Positions 47,915 through 59,979 are shown, counted from the first letter of the stretch. The stretch is 64,000 nt of DNA from Vitrella brassicaformis CCMP3155 (GCA_001179505.1 CDMY01000635.1:124001-188000), one strand, 5' to 3'. Numbers and translations are program-made. The notes: generated by a model not told the origin, from the letters alone.

Positions 47915-48231
47915 NNNNNNNNNNNNNNNNNNNNNNNNNNNNNNNNNNNNNNNNNNNNNNNNNNNNNNNNNNNNNNNNNNNNNNNNNNNNNNNNNNNNNN
48001 NNNNNNNNNNNNNNNNNNNNNNNNNNNNNNNNNNNNNNNNNNNNNNNNNNNNNNNNNNNNNNNNNNNNNNNNNNNNNNNNNNNNNNNNNNNNNNNNNNNN
48101 NNNNNNNNNNNNNNNNNNNNNNNNNNNNNNNNNNNNNNNNNNNNNNNNNNNNNNNNNNNNNNNNNNNNNNNNNNNNNNNNNNNNNNNNNNNNNNNNNNNN
48201 NNNNNNNNNNNNNNGGGGGGGGGGGGGGGGG
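47915..48231. other. Assembly gap (47915-48214) followed by poly-G (17 G)
   Basis: Seen directly. Confidence 1.
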
Positions 48232-48980
48232 TTGACGGGTGTGTGCATGTGTGTGTCATTCGCTTCGCCCACAAGGCAAGGTCCTCGAAGAGGCAGTCAG
48301 TCAGTCCATGCGAACACTGTTCCTTCCCAGTGTGCTGTGTTTTTCATCTCGTGCCCTCTCTGTGCACCTACTTTGACATGTTTGTTTCCCCATTGATGTG
48401 CCGGCACCCTCCTTCAAGCAAGGGCCAGAGAGTCAAGCTCTGCGTCTCTCTGTCTGTCTGTCTGTCTGTGACGCTGCCCTCGTGCGGGTCTGTTTTGATT
48501 CTCTTGGGTAGCGCCTCGACTTACGTGATCATTACGATAGGAATCCATTGCAATGCTGCGGATTACGCCCACACGTCGGTCGATCGTGATCCGCATGGCT
48601 GGCTGAAATAAATGTCTGTCAAGCTTTGTGTTTTTCTGTCTGTCTGTTCGTGGCGATGCCCTCCCTCATGCGGGTCTTGTCTGTCTGGGTCTGTCTGGGT
48701 CTGTCTGGATCTGTCTGTCTGTCTGTCTGTCTGCACGTCCGTGTGTGTGTGCATTGGTGGAGGTGTCCATGTGTGTGCTGGGATGCACAGACTTGATTGC
48801 AGACATGACATTCATTGAGTGACTCTCTCCTTCTCTCTCATCCACCCACCGAATATATGAATCGTTCAGGAATACAACCAACCGTTGAGCCGCGTATGTA
48901 GATATCAAGCCAACCCCCACACACATACACATATACATACACATACCCCTCGCGCAACACATGCATCCATCCGTCAATTG

Positions 48981-50050
48981 TCAGTCCTCCAGTGCCGCCT
49001 CGCCCCCCTCCCCCGGCTGCCTTTCGCCGCCCTCGTCATCCACAAGCCGCAGGACGTCCAGCTGCAGAATGTCAGAGGGGCTGTCGAGCAGCGACCGGAC
49101 GCTGGGGTGCGTGCGGCCCAGGTCGCCGTGCACCAGCTCCTTGACATACGTCCCCGCCTGCGTGCACACCCTCAGGGCAAAGAAATGACCGTTGATGTAC
49201 TCCGCCTCCATCCAATGAATCGCCTTGGGCCTGACGGTCACACACCACTCACACCTATGGATGCATGTGGGTGTGGGTGTGGGTGTGGATGGGCTGGGTG
49301 CCCACCTGACGGCGGCCGATCGTCTGTGGAGCACTCTGAGTGGCGTCTTCTGCTGCACGGTCAGCGGGGCGGCGTCGCGCAACCTCTGCAGTGATGTCGG
49401 CGTGATGGCTTTCTCCGTCCACACGACACAGGCATACACCTTCTGCTTCTCCTCTGACGCACGCTGCATGTGCTGCATTGCATTGCCCGCACCAGCCACA
49501 CACACACACACACACACCCCTCCAGACAGACAGACAGGTGGAAGGCGCCTTCCTCCCCCCCAGTCGCGCAGCGCACCATCATGAGCCGCTTGTCCGCCCG
49601 ACGCATCTCCCGCACCTGCACCAGCCCTGAGACCACCTCACTGGGTCCCCCGTCAGCGGTCACATCCGCCGTCGCATCCCCACTCGCAGCCATGGCATCT
49701 TTGTCTTCACCCGTGTCGTCGCCATTATCATCCCCATCATCATCTTCCTGCAGACTCCCCCCGCACCGCTGGACCGCCACTTGATGCGCGTTGATGGCGG
49801 CCTCCAGGCTGGAGAGGGTGATGTCGGCTGGCGGGTAGGTCCGGCGGGGGTTCAGCAGCTCCACGATGAAGGGGCGGCCGTTGCCCAACATGCGGACGTC
49901 GACGTCCTCCCTCCCGGATGCGTGGAACTTGAATGTCTTTGCGCGGAAGGCTTCCTGCAGGGGAAGGCCGATCACCTCCTCGACGGACGAAGCCGTCTGC
50001 ACACACACAGACACACACGCACACACACGTGTTCGGTCCGTGTTTAGGTC

Positions 50051-50081
<31 letters not shown>

Positions 50082-51167
50082 CCTACCCACCTTCTTTTGC
50101 CCTTCGACGAACCATGCTGTCTGGCTCAGCCTGCGCGTCAGCTTGAGATAGCGACCTGTGATGAAGATCGAGTCCCTCTCCATGTCGATGGCAGCCAGCT
50201 CCGCCCCATCAGTCACACGCGCCAGCAGCGTCCGCCACACCTCAACCCCCCTACCCGGCCCGCCGTCAGTGCTCTCCTGCTGCAGGCCCAGGAACTCCAG
50301 CAACTCAGATGCACTCCGGTGACCCAGCTCCTGATGGATGGACAAGAGCACAGCACACAAAGAGGGAGGGGACAGTCCGTTCTGGTCCACTTGTGCGTGT
50401 GCGTGTCGGTGTGTCCGTTGTGGATTTGCCTTCTGCAGAGTGGCCAGGGAAACCCCTTTGATGACGGCTTTCCTCTTCCTCCCCCGCCCCCGACCGCCGC
50501 CAGACGATGGCCGGTCCTTCCTGCCCACAGCGGTTGACCTGAAGTGGTCTTTCAACTCATCCTCAGCACCGGAGTGTCCAAACGTCACTGAAACCCTCAG
50601 AGCGCTCTCACCCTCGCCACCTGCTGATAAGGTGAACCCATCACGAGGCATGCACGACCCCTCGTCTGCATCATTCCGGAAGGCTCCTTTCCAGCAGCTG
50701 GTTGCCGTGGTCTCGACAATCCACCGGACGGCCTCCTTGAGGTCGACTACACGTCTTGCCTCCCAGTGTCTGCTCTCGAGAAAGGTCTTGACGACATACT
50801 GGCGGAAAAGCGCGTTGGGCGGCAGTGTGAGCAGCAGGGATGCCTCATGGACGTCCTCGTAGCGCTCCCGGCGTATGGCGGACAAGAGAGCCCGCTGGAA
50901 AGCGGCACTTGCGTCGAGGTGCATCAAGCCGAAGCAGAGACCGCAGTAGCCTCCGGATGCCGTCGCATCGTCAGGGCACACGCACAGAGGCAGCTGGAGG
51001 TCCTCGTCATCGTCATGGTGCGGTGGTTGCAGCGGTGTGATGAGTCTACAGGCCGCTGTGTCCCTCCTGCCTTCGAGGCGCATGAGGCATCGGTTGCAGA
51101 AGGACTCGCTCAGGCCGCCCAGTGCGGTCACGACCGATGAAGGTGCCGAGGAGTCGCCTTCCGCCAT
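48981..51167 (-). CDS. PUS10: tRNA pseudouridine synthase Pus10
   Basis: N-terminal CxxC pairs (FCNRC, YCGLC); GRYLKLTRRLSQTAW; FHASGREDVDVRMLGNGRPF (catalytic Asp); QQKTPLRVLHRR; TQAGTYVKELVHGDLGRTHPS; DILQLDV. Confidence 0.96.
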
Positions 51168-51290
51168 CGATTGTCGAGGCCATCCAGTGATTGCAGCGAT
51201 GGGGAGATCTTTCTTCCAGTTTCAGCAGGGCGTTACGCTGCGGTGAGAAGATTTCTTCCAGACGTTCTGCTGGCCACGGTTCTGCGCGTT

Positions 51291-51299
51291 CGCGAGCTG
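51291..51299 (+). promoter_or_regulatory. Variant upstream motif CGCGAGCTG
   Basis: 62-80 nt upstream of the U2AF65-like ATG (51362 or 51380); one mismatch to the consensus. Confidence 0.35.
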
Positions 51300-51379
51300 T
51301 ATGACGATCGGGGTGCAAACGTCGTTCGTTTGAAGCCCTGGAGGAGCTCAGGTAGTCCGCAATGTCAGGTTCAGGTGCC

Positions 51380-54300
51380 ATGCAGGCTGACATAGGCGAA
51401 GATCAGCCGCCGCGCGATGCCACAGATGCTGACTATGATCCCGCGGCGGGAGCAGGGGCAGGATCTGCTTCGCACGAGCCGCCACCGCCGCAGAGGAAGC
51501 GAAGACGATTCGACGAGGTGGCACCGCGTACGGATGGCGAGGAGGTCGTGGTCGATGGCGAGAACGAGGATGCGGCTGATGCGCAGCAGGAGAGGGGCGT
51601 CAAGAGGAGGAGAGGGGACAATGACGAGAGTAGCGCGGCCAATGGTGCTTGCGAACCGCCACCAGCGTCTGGTGCCACTGGACCGTCGGAGGCAGATGCT
51701 CAGGGTACGCTGCGGTCATATCACATGACTGACATCCATTGACCGATATCGACCTCTGTCTGTCACGTAGGTGTCCCCCCACCGCCTGTTGATGCCAATG
51801 CTTCATCGACGACGATGATTCTGCCGCCGCTTCCCGAGCAGCCCGTCATGATCCTCCCACCCCTGCCAACGCCCATGCCACAGCAGCCCATTACCAACGG
51901 CATCAAGACTGAGGAGAATGATGCAGTCAAGGCTGAGCCGCCTGTCATCAAGAGGGAAGTCACCGATGAAGAAACCCAGGTGGGAACCTCACAAACCTCA
52001 CACATACACTCGTACACACAACCTGGTGCATGGCTCGATGCGATTGATGTGTGTCGGTTCGGTGCTCGTACATCCATGTATGTGCAGAAGGCGGCCATGG
52101 AGGCGATGGATGCCGCGGCATCAGCGTTTCCTCCGGTCAAGAGTGAGGACATCAAGATTAAAGAGGAGGAGGAGGGCGGCGAGGGACTGGGTGAGGAGGA
52201 CGAGAAGGAGCCTGGCGGTGCGGCAGCGGGGCCACCCGCCCCGTCGGAGGAGGCCCAGCGAACCATCGTCGTGTCAAACATCGCCCCATGTAAGCCAAAT
52301 CCACACGGTGCCTACAAGGAAGGATACTGGCAGGGAGCTCATCCCTCCCTCTGTCCTGTCCTGTCTTCTCAGCGACTTTGTCGAGTTCGGTTCTGCAGTT
52401 CTTCGCCGGCGGCCTGAGCGTCCTCACCGGCAGAGAAGTCACACAGAGTACGTGTGGTGTGACACACAAGACAAGACATCACGCAAACAAGGTGTTGGTA
52501 TTCCGTTCGTGTGTCCGTGTGTGCGTGTGTATGTGTGTCAGTGATGGCTCAGCTGAAGCTGCAGCGGTACGATGTGATGGAGAGGGTGGCCGTCTTGGAG
52601 TGCCCCGACATTGAGACCGCCAACATAGCCTGCCAGCGACTCAACGGTCGGTGAGAGAGTGTGCAGTGCGCTGTGCACAGGTGCCATTGTGAGCACCGTT
52701 CATTCGTTGATTGCTTGGTGCATGGCATGGCATGGCAGGCATCAAGATGGGGGAGTTCACGTTGAACATTCAGACGAAGGCTGACGTGGAGCGCCAACAA
52801 TTCGAGAGGGCCGCAGAAGCCGAGATGCAGGCCCTCATGGCGTAAGCTACCTACCCAACACACACACACACCCGATCGGTAGGTACGAGGCGCGCTTCGC
52901 TTCTCCCTCTGTCTGTGTGTCAATCAGTGCTGAGGGTATGCTGCCCGAGGGTGCCAGCCCGGCGTCGGCCGAGCCCGCTGGCCCGCCCGACTACCGGCTG
53001 CTGGTGCAGAACCTGCCCATGGAAACCACTGATGCTGCAGTGAGTTGGCCAGGCCAGGCCACCGATGGATGGATGGATGGATGTACACCAACCAAGACAA
53101 GACACGCCATTATGTTATGTGTGGTGTGTATGTGTGTGGTTCGGTTGTCAGGTTCGGGACATTGTGGGTCAGTTTGGTAAGATCAAGACATTCGAGCTGC
53201 TGCGGGACCCCGGCACGGGCACGTCCAAGGGCATTGCCGTGTTCGAGTATGAGGATGAAGGCGTCACCGATGTCGCCCTGCAGGTGGGTTGGGGGCGGGC
53301 TGGGGGTGGGTGGGCGATCGATTCGATCAAGACAAGACACACAGTGCAGTACACACAGACAGACAGACAGACAGATGCCACCAGGATGACCCCAGGGATT
53401 GCAATCGATGGACGGATGAGCGTGTGGTTTATGTGAGGTCCCCCCTCCCCTTCCTCATATGTATGTAGGCTTTGAATGGTATGGTGTGCTTAGGCCGCAA
53501 CCTCATTGCCAGGAAAGCCTCGCAGGGCGTGCTTCCCATCGCTCCACAAATCGTACGACAGCCACCTCACATCACCTCACCTCACCTCATCCACCAGACA
53601 GCCCGCCAGCCAGCCAGCCAGCCAGCGAGAGCCCACCAGGGAGTGATTGTTTTGGTCTGGTCCGGTCTGGGCATCTTCGTGTGTCGTGTGGTGTGTGCAG
53701 GTGGTTCGTTCTGACCCGAACATGCCCGTGACAGCGCTGCCGTCATCCGTCACACACCGGGTCTTCTCCAACCCCATCGTCGGCACACAAGTAGCCAGCC
53801 ACTTCCTTCCTCCTTACTCCAGCCGCACTTACATCTGGTGTCTGATCCGGTGTGTCGTGTCATCTCCTCAGGTCAAGGCCGGTCGTCGCCGCGGCGGTCA
53901 GCCCACCAAGGTGGTGCAGCTCCTCAACTGTGTCTACCAGGAGGACCTGGTGAGTACCTTAGTCCGTCAGTCAGGCAACCAGTGAGGATCCCTGAGTCGT
54001 CGCCTCTTGTGCATTTTTGGGTGGTCTCTCTCTTTTATGTGGTTGTGTGGTTGCAGATGAACGACACGGAGTTCGAGGCGTTGGAGAAGGAGATCCGCGA
54101 GGAGGCCGCCAAGCACGGCGCCCTGGTGGATGTCGTCATCCCACGGCCCCCGCCAGACCTCTCCTACAAAGAGGGCGTGGGCAAGGTGTGTCAGCGAGTG
54201 ACACGACACACAGTCGCAGACCACAGCCACAGCCAGCTGTCATATGTGGGTTGCATGTGTGGTGTGCGTTGCGTCGCGTGTCAGGTGTTTCTGAGTTACG

Positions 54301-54428
54301 CTGACGAGACGTCGTCTCGCCGTGCGCAGATGATGCTCAACGGTCGCAAGTTCGACCAAAAGCATGTGGTGTGCGCCGCCTTCTACCCCGAAGACAAGTT
54401 TAACGAGGGCAAATACACACTGCTGTGA
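51380..54428 (+). CDS. U2AF2: U2AF large subunit (U2AF65)-like, two RRMs plus C-terminal UHM; multi-exon (start 51362 or 51380)
   Basis: RRM2 YRLLVQNLP..|VRDIVGQFGKIKTFELLRDPGTGTSKGIAVFEY; UHM PTKVVQLLNCV..DL|..EIREEAAKHG.LVDVVIPRP..GVGK|VFLSY..LNGRKFDQKHVVCAAFYPEDKF. Confidence 0.88.
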
Positions 54429-54905
54429 CTGACAGCACACAAGGGCCGGCCAGCTGATGCTGTCTGTGCTCGTACCCAGCGACGGCGCCGCCGGTGGGTG
54501 GCAGTGTCTTGCTCCTCTCGTAAGAGGACATGGCTGCTGTGACTTGTCGGCCGTCATGGCGTGGCGTAGCTGGATAAGCAGAGAGGATGGATGGATGGAT
54601 GGATGTTGCTTTTCCTCCCTTCTCCAGCCAGTGAGTACTATATGGCTCTCATATGTCTGTCTGTCTACCTTGCGTCTGTATACCGGAGAGAGTTGATGTG
54701 TACCTACAGAATTCGTGTTGTGTCTCCTTGGAGGCCTGGCTTCCTAATCAACCGCCAAGTCACCGACTGAGGTGCACTCACACTGAGGCGCAGCGATTCA
54801 GTCGATGGCATGGTGGCTGGCGAAGGGGTGACCGGACCGACAAAGCAGGACCGAGAACGAACACGATGCATGCATCATATGGAAGCCTATGCAGTGCACA
54901 CGCAT

Positions 54906-56776
54906 TCATATGATCTTCATCAAGAGTCCGGCCAGGTGGTCAAAGAGCTTCCTATCCAGCTGCCCCAGTGCAGACAGTCCACCAAACACCCTTGCCACTG
55001 TCCAGTAAGCGCTTTGAATGCCCCCCGCCTCGCTCCTGTCCGTTTGCCCCTCACCATGCTCTCCCCATGCACCACCAGACACCACCCCACCCCCCCGCTC
55101 CAACACATTCCCCCTGTCCATCAACACGCGCTTGATGTCCTCGGCCAGCTGAGTGATGAACTCCCGCACCTCTTCTGTCTCTTGTCGATGCTCATCCATC
55201 CGGCTCGATGCTGCGGCCAGCCCGGTAATGATATGGCTGAGGTCCTTCATAGGCAGGCGGGTCAGAATCATGCGCAACGCGGTCATCTGAGCCGCAGATG
55301 GGGCGTACGGGATGTCGGGTGGCGGCTGCGTATCGGCCGCAGGAGCATGGGTGCAGGTCATGGCGAGGAGATAACAGCCGATCGCCGGCCAGAGGTGATG
55401 CAGCTCTTGCACAGGCGCACCCCTGCATCCATCCATCCATCAATCCATTCATCCGAAACGTATGCGTGTGAGGCTGCCGTGCCGTGTCGCCCTGTGTGGT
55501 GTGGTGTGGTGTGGTGTGCATACCTGCCGAATCCTTCCACGAATGTCCCCAGCTGCAGGTCACGAACGTCGATGTGCGCCGCGTCCCCTACAGAGGCCAG
55601 CCTCCCCCCATAGTCACTTATCAGCCACCGAGAGACCTCAGAGAAGAAAGGACCGCTCTGCTCGCCTTCGGCAGCAAAGACGTAAGCCACAAAGGCGAGT
55701 GAATGGGTGTGGTGGCCCACAAGCATCCGCGTCAAGGCAGCCTGAAGGCGCTCTACTGACGGTGAGGACACAGCCTCCCCCCTCTTGGTTTCTCTCAACG
55801 TTGCCCATGCGACTGACGGCAGGTCGGCGGCAGAGAAGTGGGGACCCCGCTGCTCTACTTCCTTGGTCAGAGCGGTCAGCACTGCCTCGCTACGCGCCGC
55901 ACTCAGCTGCTGGCTTTCTCCCCGATGGACACAGTAGCTCCACAGGAGGTTGGCCACAGCCTGGTGAGAATAGCTCGCGAGAATGCCCCTCCTGCCGTCA
56001 GCGAGTATGCGATGCTCCACATGACGAAAGAAGGCCACAATCATGCCTGCAGTGCGACGATCGTGGCGCTGGTGCTGCTGGTGGCGCCACGTGGTCAGTG
56101 CCCATGCAAGGGTCGACATCTCCTTCGGCTTCAGAGAGCGGAAATCACCGAGGACGCGGCGGATAGCATGGCTGATAGCAGCAGCATCGACCGCCCAGTT
56201 GAGCCGCGCCAGCCCCCAGACCGACATGCTCACCTCCTGGAGCCTCATTCTTTCCCAACTGCTGCGAGCGAGGAGCATGTCGAGCAGCCCACGCCGCAGA
56301 TCTGAAATGGCCTCACGGCAGCGCTCATTTCTGAGCAGTCCCCTGTTCTTGAGCGCGGCCAACGCCCACAGCAGGTTGGCCACTGCCTGAGGATCGGCCG
56401 CTGGGAGATGGATGTGCTGAAAGAGGGACGCTAGCATCAGGGGCGTCGCAGGCGTGTGGAGGGTGCCATCCTTGGCCAGTCGATAAACAACAGCCACCGC
56501 ATTGCGGACGTCCATTTGGGGCAGCTTGGTCTCCAGCAGCCACTGCAGCACCGCTGGGGTTGTCGCCTCGTCCATGATCTGTGAGTTGATCCGTCGGTTG
56601 AGCTTCTTCTTCTGCACTGCTGATGGGGGATCTGGGTTGGGCAGGTGGTCACGGTGTGTGTCAGGCTGGACATCAGTTCTCATCCTCCTTGTCTGCCGCT
56701 GCGCACGGAAAAGGGCTGGTTCATGGGCAATTCTCCAACGCCAAAAGCAGCTGCCTCTCGGGCTCCTTCCCAGCAT
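54906..56776 (-). CDS. Helical-repeat (OPR/HPR/FASTK-type) organellar RNA-binding protein with an Arg-rich, mitochondrial-type presequence
   Basis: Repeats PQAVANLLWALAAL, LQEVSMSVWGLARL, PKEMSTLAWALTT, HQAVANLLWSYC, AADLPSVAWATL. N-terminus MLGRSPRGSCFWRWRIAH..FRAQRQTRR. No RAP domain seen. Confidence 0.75.
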
Positions 56777-56839
56777 CCATCCAACACAACACCCAGCGGC
56801 CGGGTACGAGGGATTCCCCCTGGAGCGACGATCTCCGGC

Positions 56840-56848
56840 AAGCTCGCA
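56840..56848 (-). promoter_or_regulatory. TGCGAGCTT upstream motif
   Basis: 63 nt upstream of ATG 56776, sense orientation. Confidence 0.5.
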
Positions 56849-57150
56849 TGTCTTTTTTCACCCAAAGTAAGTTAGGACAGCGAAGCAGGCAGTTCTCACG
56901 AGTCAGGGAGTGTCAGAGAGACCAGTTGCGCACAAAGGCTTGAAAGACAACTCCACACACGCCTGCGAAGTCGCAGATCTCTCACCCGTCCTGTGTGTGT
57001 GTTGCGCCTGTGTGTGCGCTTTCAGAAGACTGCAACATCTCGTATATGGCTATTCCAGTGACGATGACACGAGATTCGTGGAGGGAGGTTCTCGCGAGAG
57101 TCCTCCGAGGCACGACAAACTCGAGAGAGCTGAGCTGGAACAACCAATAG
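56848..57150 (+). CDS. Candidate 47-aa spliced small ORF; join(56848..56866,57026..57150)
   Basis: Strong donor A|GTAAGT and a (TG)n-pyrimidine acceptor TTTCAG join in phase to give MSFFTQKDCNISYMAIPVTMTRDSWREVLARVLRGTTNSRELSWNNQ. Confidence 0.3.
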
Positions 57151-57542
57151 CCATCGACGAGGGGAGGGCAGGGGAGGGGGTTTGATCCCACTGTTTGTGT
57201 CTTCTTCTTGTGTTCCTCTTGCCTTGCTTTCACCCACCGGCGAGCATCCTCGCCCCCATGTTACTTGCTTGGTATGTTGATGGACGGACGCGGATTGTTG
57301 CGCTGCTCGAAAAAGGCCACGCCAAGCGGGCAAGACAGATATGGACGCTAGTGGACTCATGCTGATGTCATGTCAGCGTCCTCCAACAGGACATTACACA
57401 TGGCATGCCATGGGATGGCAGCTCAAAAGGAGCTCCCTCTCATGGAACATACAGTGTGTTCCACTAACACGTACGTCCACAGCTGCCTTCGCACAAGGTA
57501 GACAGCCAGGCAGGCAGGCAGGCAGGCAGTACCCATGGTGAA

Positions 57543-59887
57543 TCACGAGGTGACAGCTGCTGATGCAGAAGATGCACTGGCCGATGTGCTGTGGTGGAAC
57601 ACCCCGTCCGTCTGTGGACCGGGTGTGAGGGCATTGGGGCGTTTGGGGGGGTACTTGAACACATTCAGCAAAGCGTCCTTGAACACGTTGATGTTGTAGT
57701 CAAGCTGCACAAACAAAACATGCACACACAAAGTAAGGGTGGGACATGACATGTACAAGCATTCACCACCTGCTGGTGGTGCGGGTGGGTGGGTGTTTGT
57801 GTAACTGACTGACTGACCATGTGCTGTCGGTCAAAGTACTCCTCCCGGACCACACACACGAGAGCAAGGAATCTGATGGACAACGGGAGATGGATGCGCT
57901 ACCCTACCCCGTGTGTGAGAGTGATTTGGTTCGCAGCGCACCTGTCGACTTCCCTGAGGTAGAGAAGTATGTTGTTGTCGAGGTTGATGACACAGTTGGA
58001 CTGCGCGTCGTACTGACTGTCGCTCATCGACCTGAACAGACAGGCATCAACCAGATGGCGCCTGTGCGTCGGTGGCTGTGTGGCGGTGGCATCAGCGGAG
58101 CGTGTGTGCCGCCCGCCCGACCGACCGACCCATATATGCACGAGACATCGATGACGACATCGATCATGTCGGAGCACAGCTCGTACACGTGCGCATCCAC
58201 AGACGATGTGTCTGACACGACACACAGCACAGCACAGCACAGCAAGGGCACAGCACATGGCACACCCCATAGCATACCCCTAACCCACCCGTGGCGATGA
58301 AGAGCTTCGACACGACGTCAAACAGAAAAGCCTTCTCCATACGACACGTCTGCACACAGACACAGAGACACACACACAGCCTTGACCACGCAATCAATCA
58401 GCGGCACTGCACCGAATGGGTGTGCATTCATCTATCCATCTATCCATCAGTGGGTGGGTGTGGGTTGTGTTGCGTACGGTGACGAGGAGGTCTAGCAGCT
58501 GTTCGAGTGTGGGTATCTGTGGGATGAGCCGCTGCACCACTCGACTGAACGCCTCGAACACCGTGTGGTCGTATATACTGAACAGAACACACATTCACGT
58601 TTGCAGACAGAATGAGGGAACGGACGGGTGGGTGTTTTGATTGACGGAGTGTGGCTGTTGTTTGACCTGGTGGCATTGAAAGTGACGTTGGGTTCTTTGA
58701 GGCCCCGCTCGTACAAATGCTCCATCAGGTTCGTGTGGATCTCACGCTGACAGTCTGCACACACTCAGACAACACACACCACACAGGAAATGCATCGATC
58801 GCCTCTCATCTGTTATGTATGGTGACACATGCATACCGATCTTGGCCCCATCTGACGACGCGAAGACGTCACCGTCGACCTGACGGCACACAGAGGGGCA
58901 GCAGGTTAGATTTGTGTTGATTGGGTAGGGTAGGCCTACACCTGTCTGTCGTCCCTCCCTGCCTGCCGCTAACCTTGTGGATGAACACCTCAAAGTTGAT
59001 GTTCTTGTTGACCTGCTCATGTCATGTCATGCATAGGCACACACACACGACAGAAGCAACACAAACAAGATCCAGGCATCCATCCATCCACCCAGCCATC
59101 CAGTCAGTCGCCGACGCGCTCCGCTCATCCCCTGGATGTGATGCGCTTACGTTCCAGGCCCTGGTGATGACCTCAGTGGCATGTTTGATCTCCGCCTGGT
59201 AGGGCTCGTTCTGCGCCGATATGACCACGATGAGTGCGCTGGTCTTGGAGTAGACGAGCTTCTCCTGCGACTCGTCGGGGATGAGCCCGCTGGGCGCGTC
59301 GCCGATGGCGAAACGGATCAGGTTGTTGGTCGCAACCCCTGCAGGCACAGATAGATGTCAACACACCGAGATAGATGGTTTGTCTGGTGCTGTGTGCTGG
59401 TCGGTGTGTGTGGGTTTTGTGGCTGACTGACTGACTGACTTTGCACGTCGATGGTGAAGCTTCTGTTTGGCGCCAGCTCGAAGGTCTCGTAAGGGGAAGT
59501 CTTGTGGAAGATCACTCGAATTATGGAGGTCTTCCCGGCCCTACCAGGTGCACAGACAGACACAGACACCATGGATGGACGCATCGATGAAGGCAGCTCT
59601 TTGCTCGTGTGCAATTGCTGGTGCGTATCTGCCTACTTGGGCAGCCCAACCATTAGGATCTTGGGCGTGTCGTCCAGCCATATCTCACGACTGCTCAACA
59701 CACACACACATGCACACACACACAAAAGACGTCCAATGTCTGCAGTGGAATGCATTGTGGTAACACTGTGTGCCATCCCTCTTGCCTCTCGTCGTCGGCG
59801 AATATTCTCTCAGGAGCCGCCTGCACACATCACACAAAGCACAGTCAGCAAGGCTGAGAGCGTCATCAGCGTTCCAACGCTCACCAT
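57543..59887 (-). CDS. RRAGC: Rag GTPase RagC/RagD (Gtr2); multi-exon, probable ATG-only first coding exon
   Basis: [10 protein letters not shown]|[18 protein letters not shown]; ALIVVISAQ; [10 protein letters not shown]|VDGD; [29 protein letters not shown]; [17 protein letters not shown]|D; [19 protein letters not shown]; LYLREV; [12 protein letters not shown]. Confidence 0.94.
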
Positions 59888-59970
59888 CTTCAAACGCGAT
59901 GGTCAATTCGTTTCAGATCTCTTGAGACGCCGCACAGCACAGCGCGCGGTTTCTTCTTCTCCCTCCAGAG

Positions 59971-59979
59971 TGCGAGCTT
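59971..59979 (+). promoter_or_regulatory. TGCGAGCTT upstream motif
   Basis: 71 nt upstream of ATG 60051. Confidence 0.5.

Noticed and set aside
12488-56776. Apparent cluster of RNA-related genes (BMT5-like, RRM, ADAT3, CCCH, MA3, PUS10, U2AF65, HPR)
   Set aside because: They act in different compartments and pathways and are interspersed with unrelated genes. No enrichment test is possible here.
56982-57360. Minus-strand ORFs as possible 5' exons of the helical-repeat gene
   Set aside because: No phase-consistent splice path found. ATG 56776 already gives a presequence and has the upstream motif.
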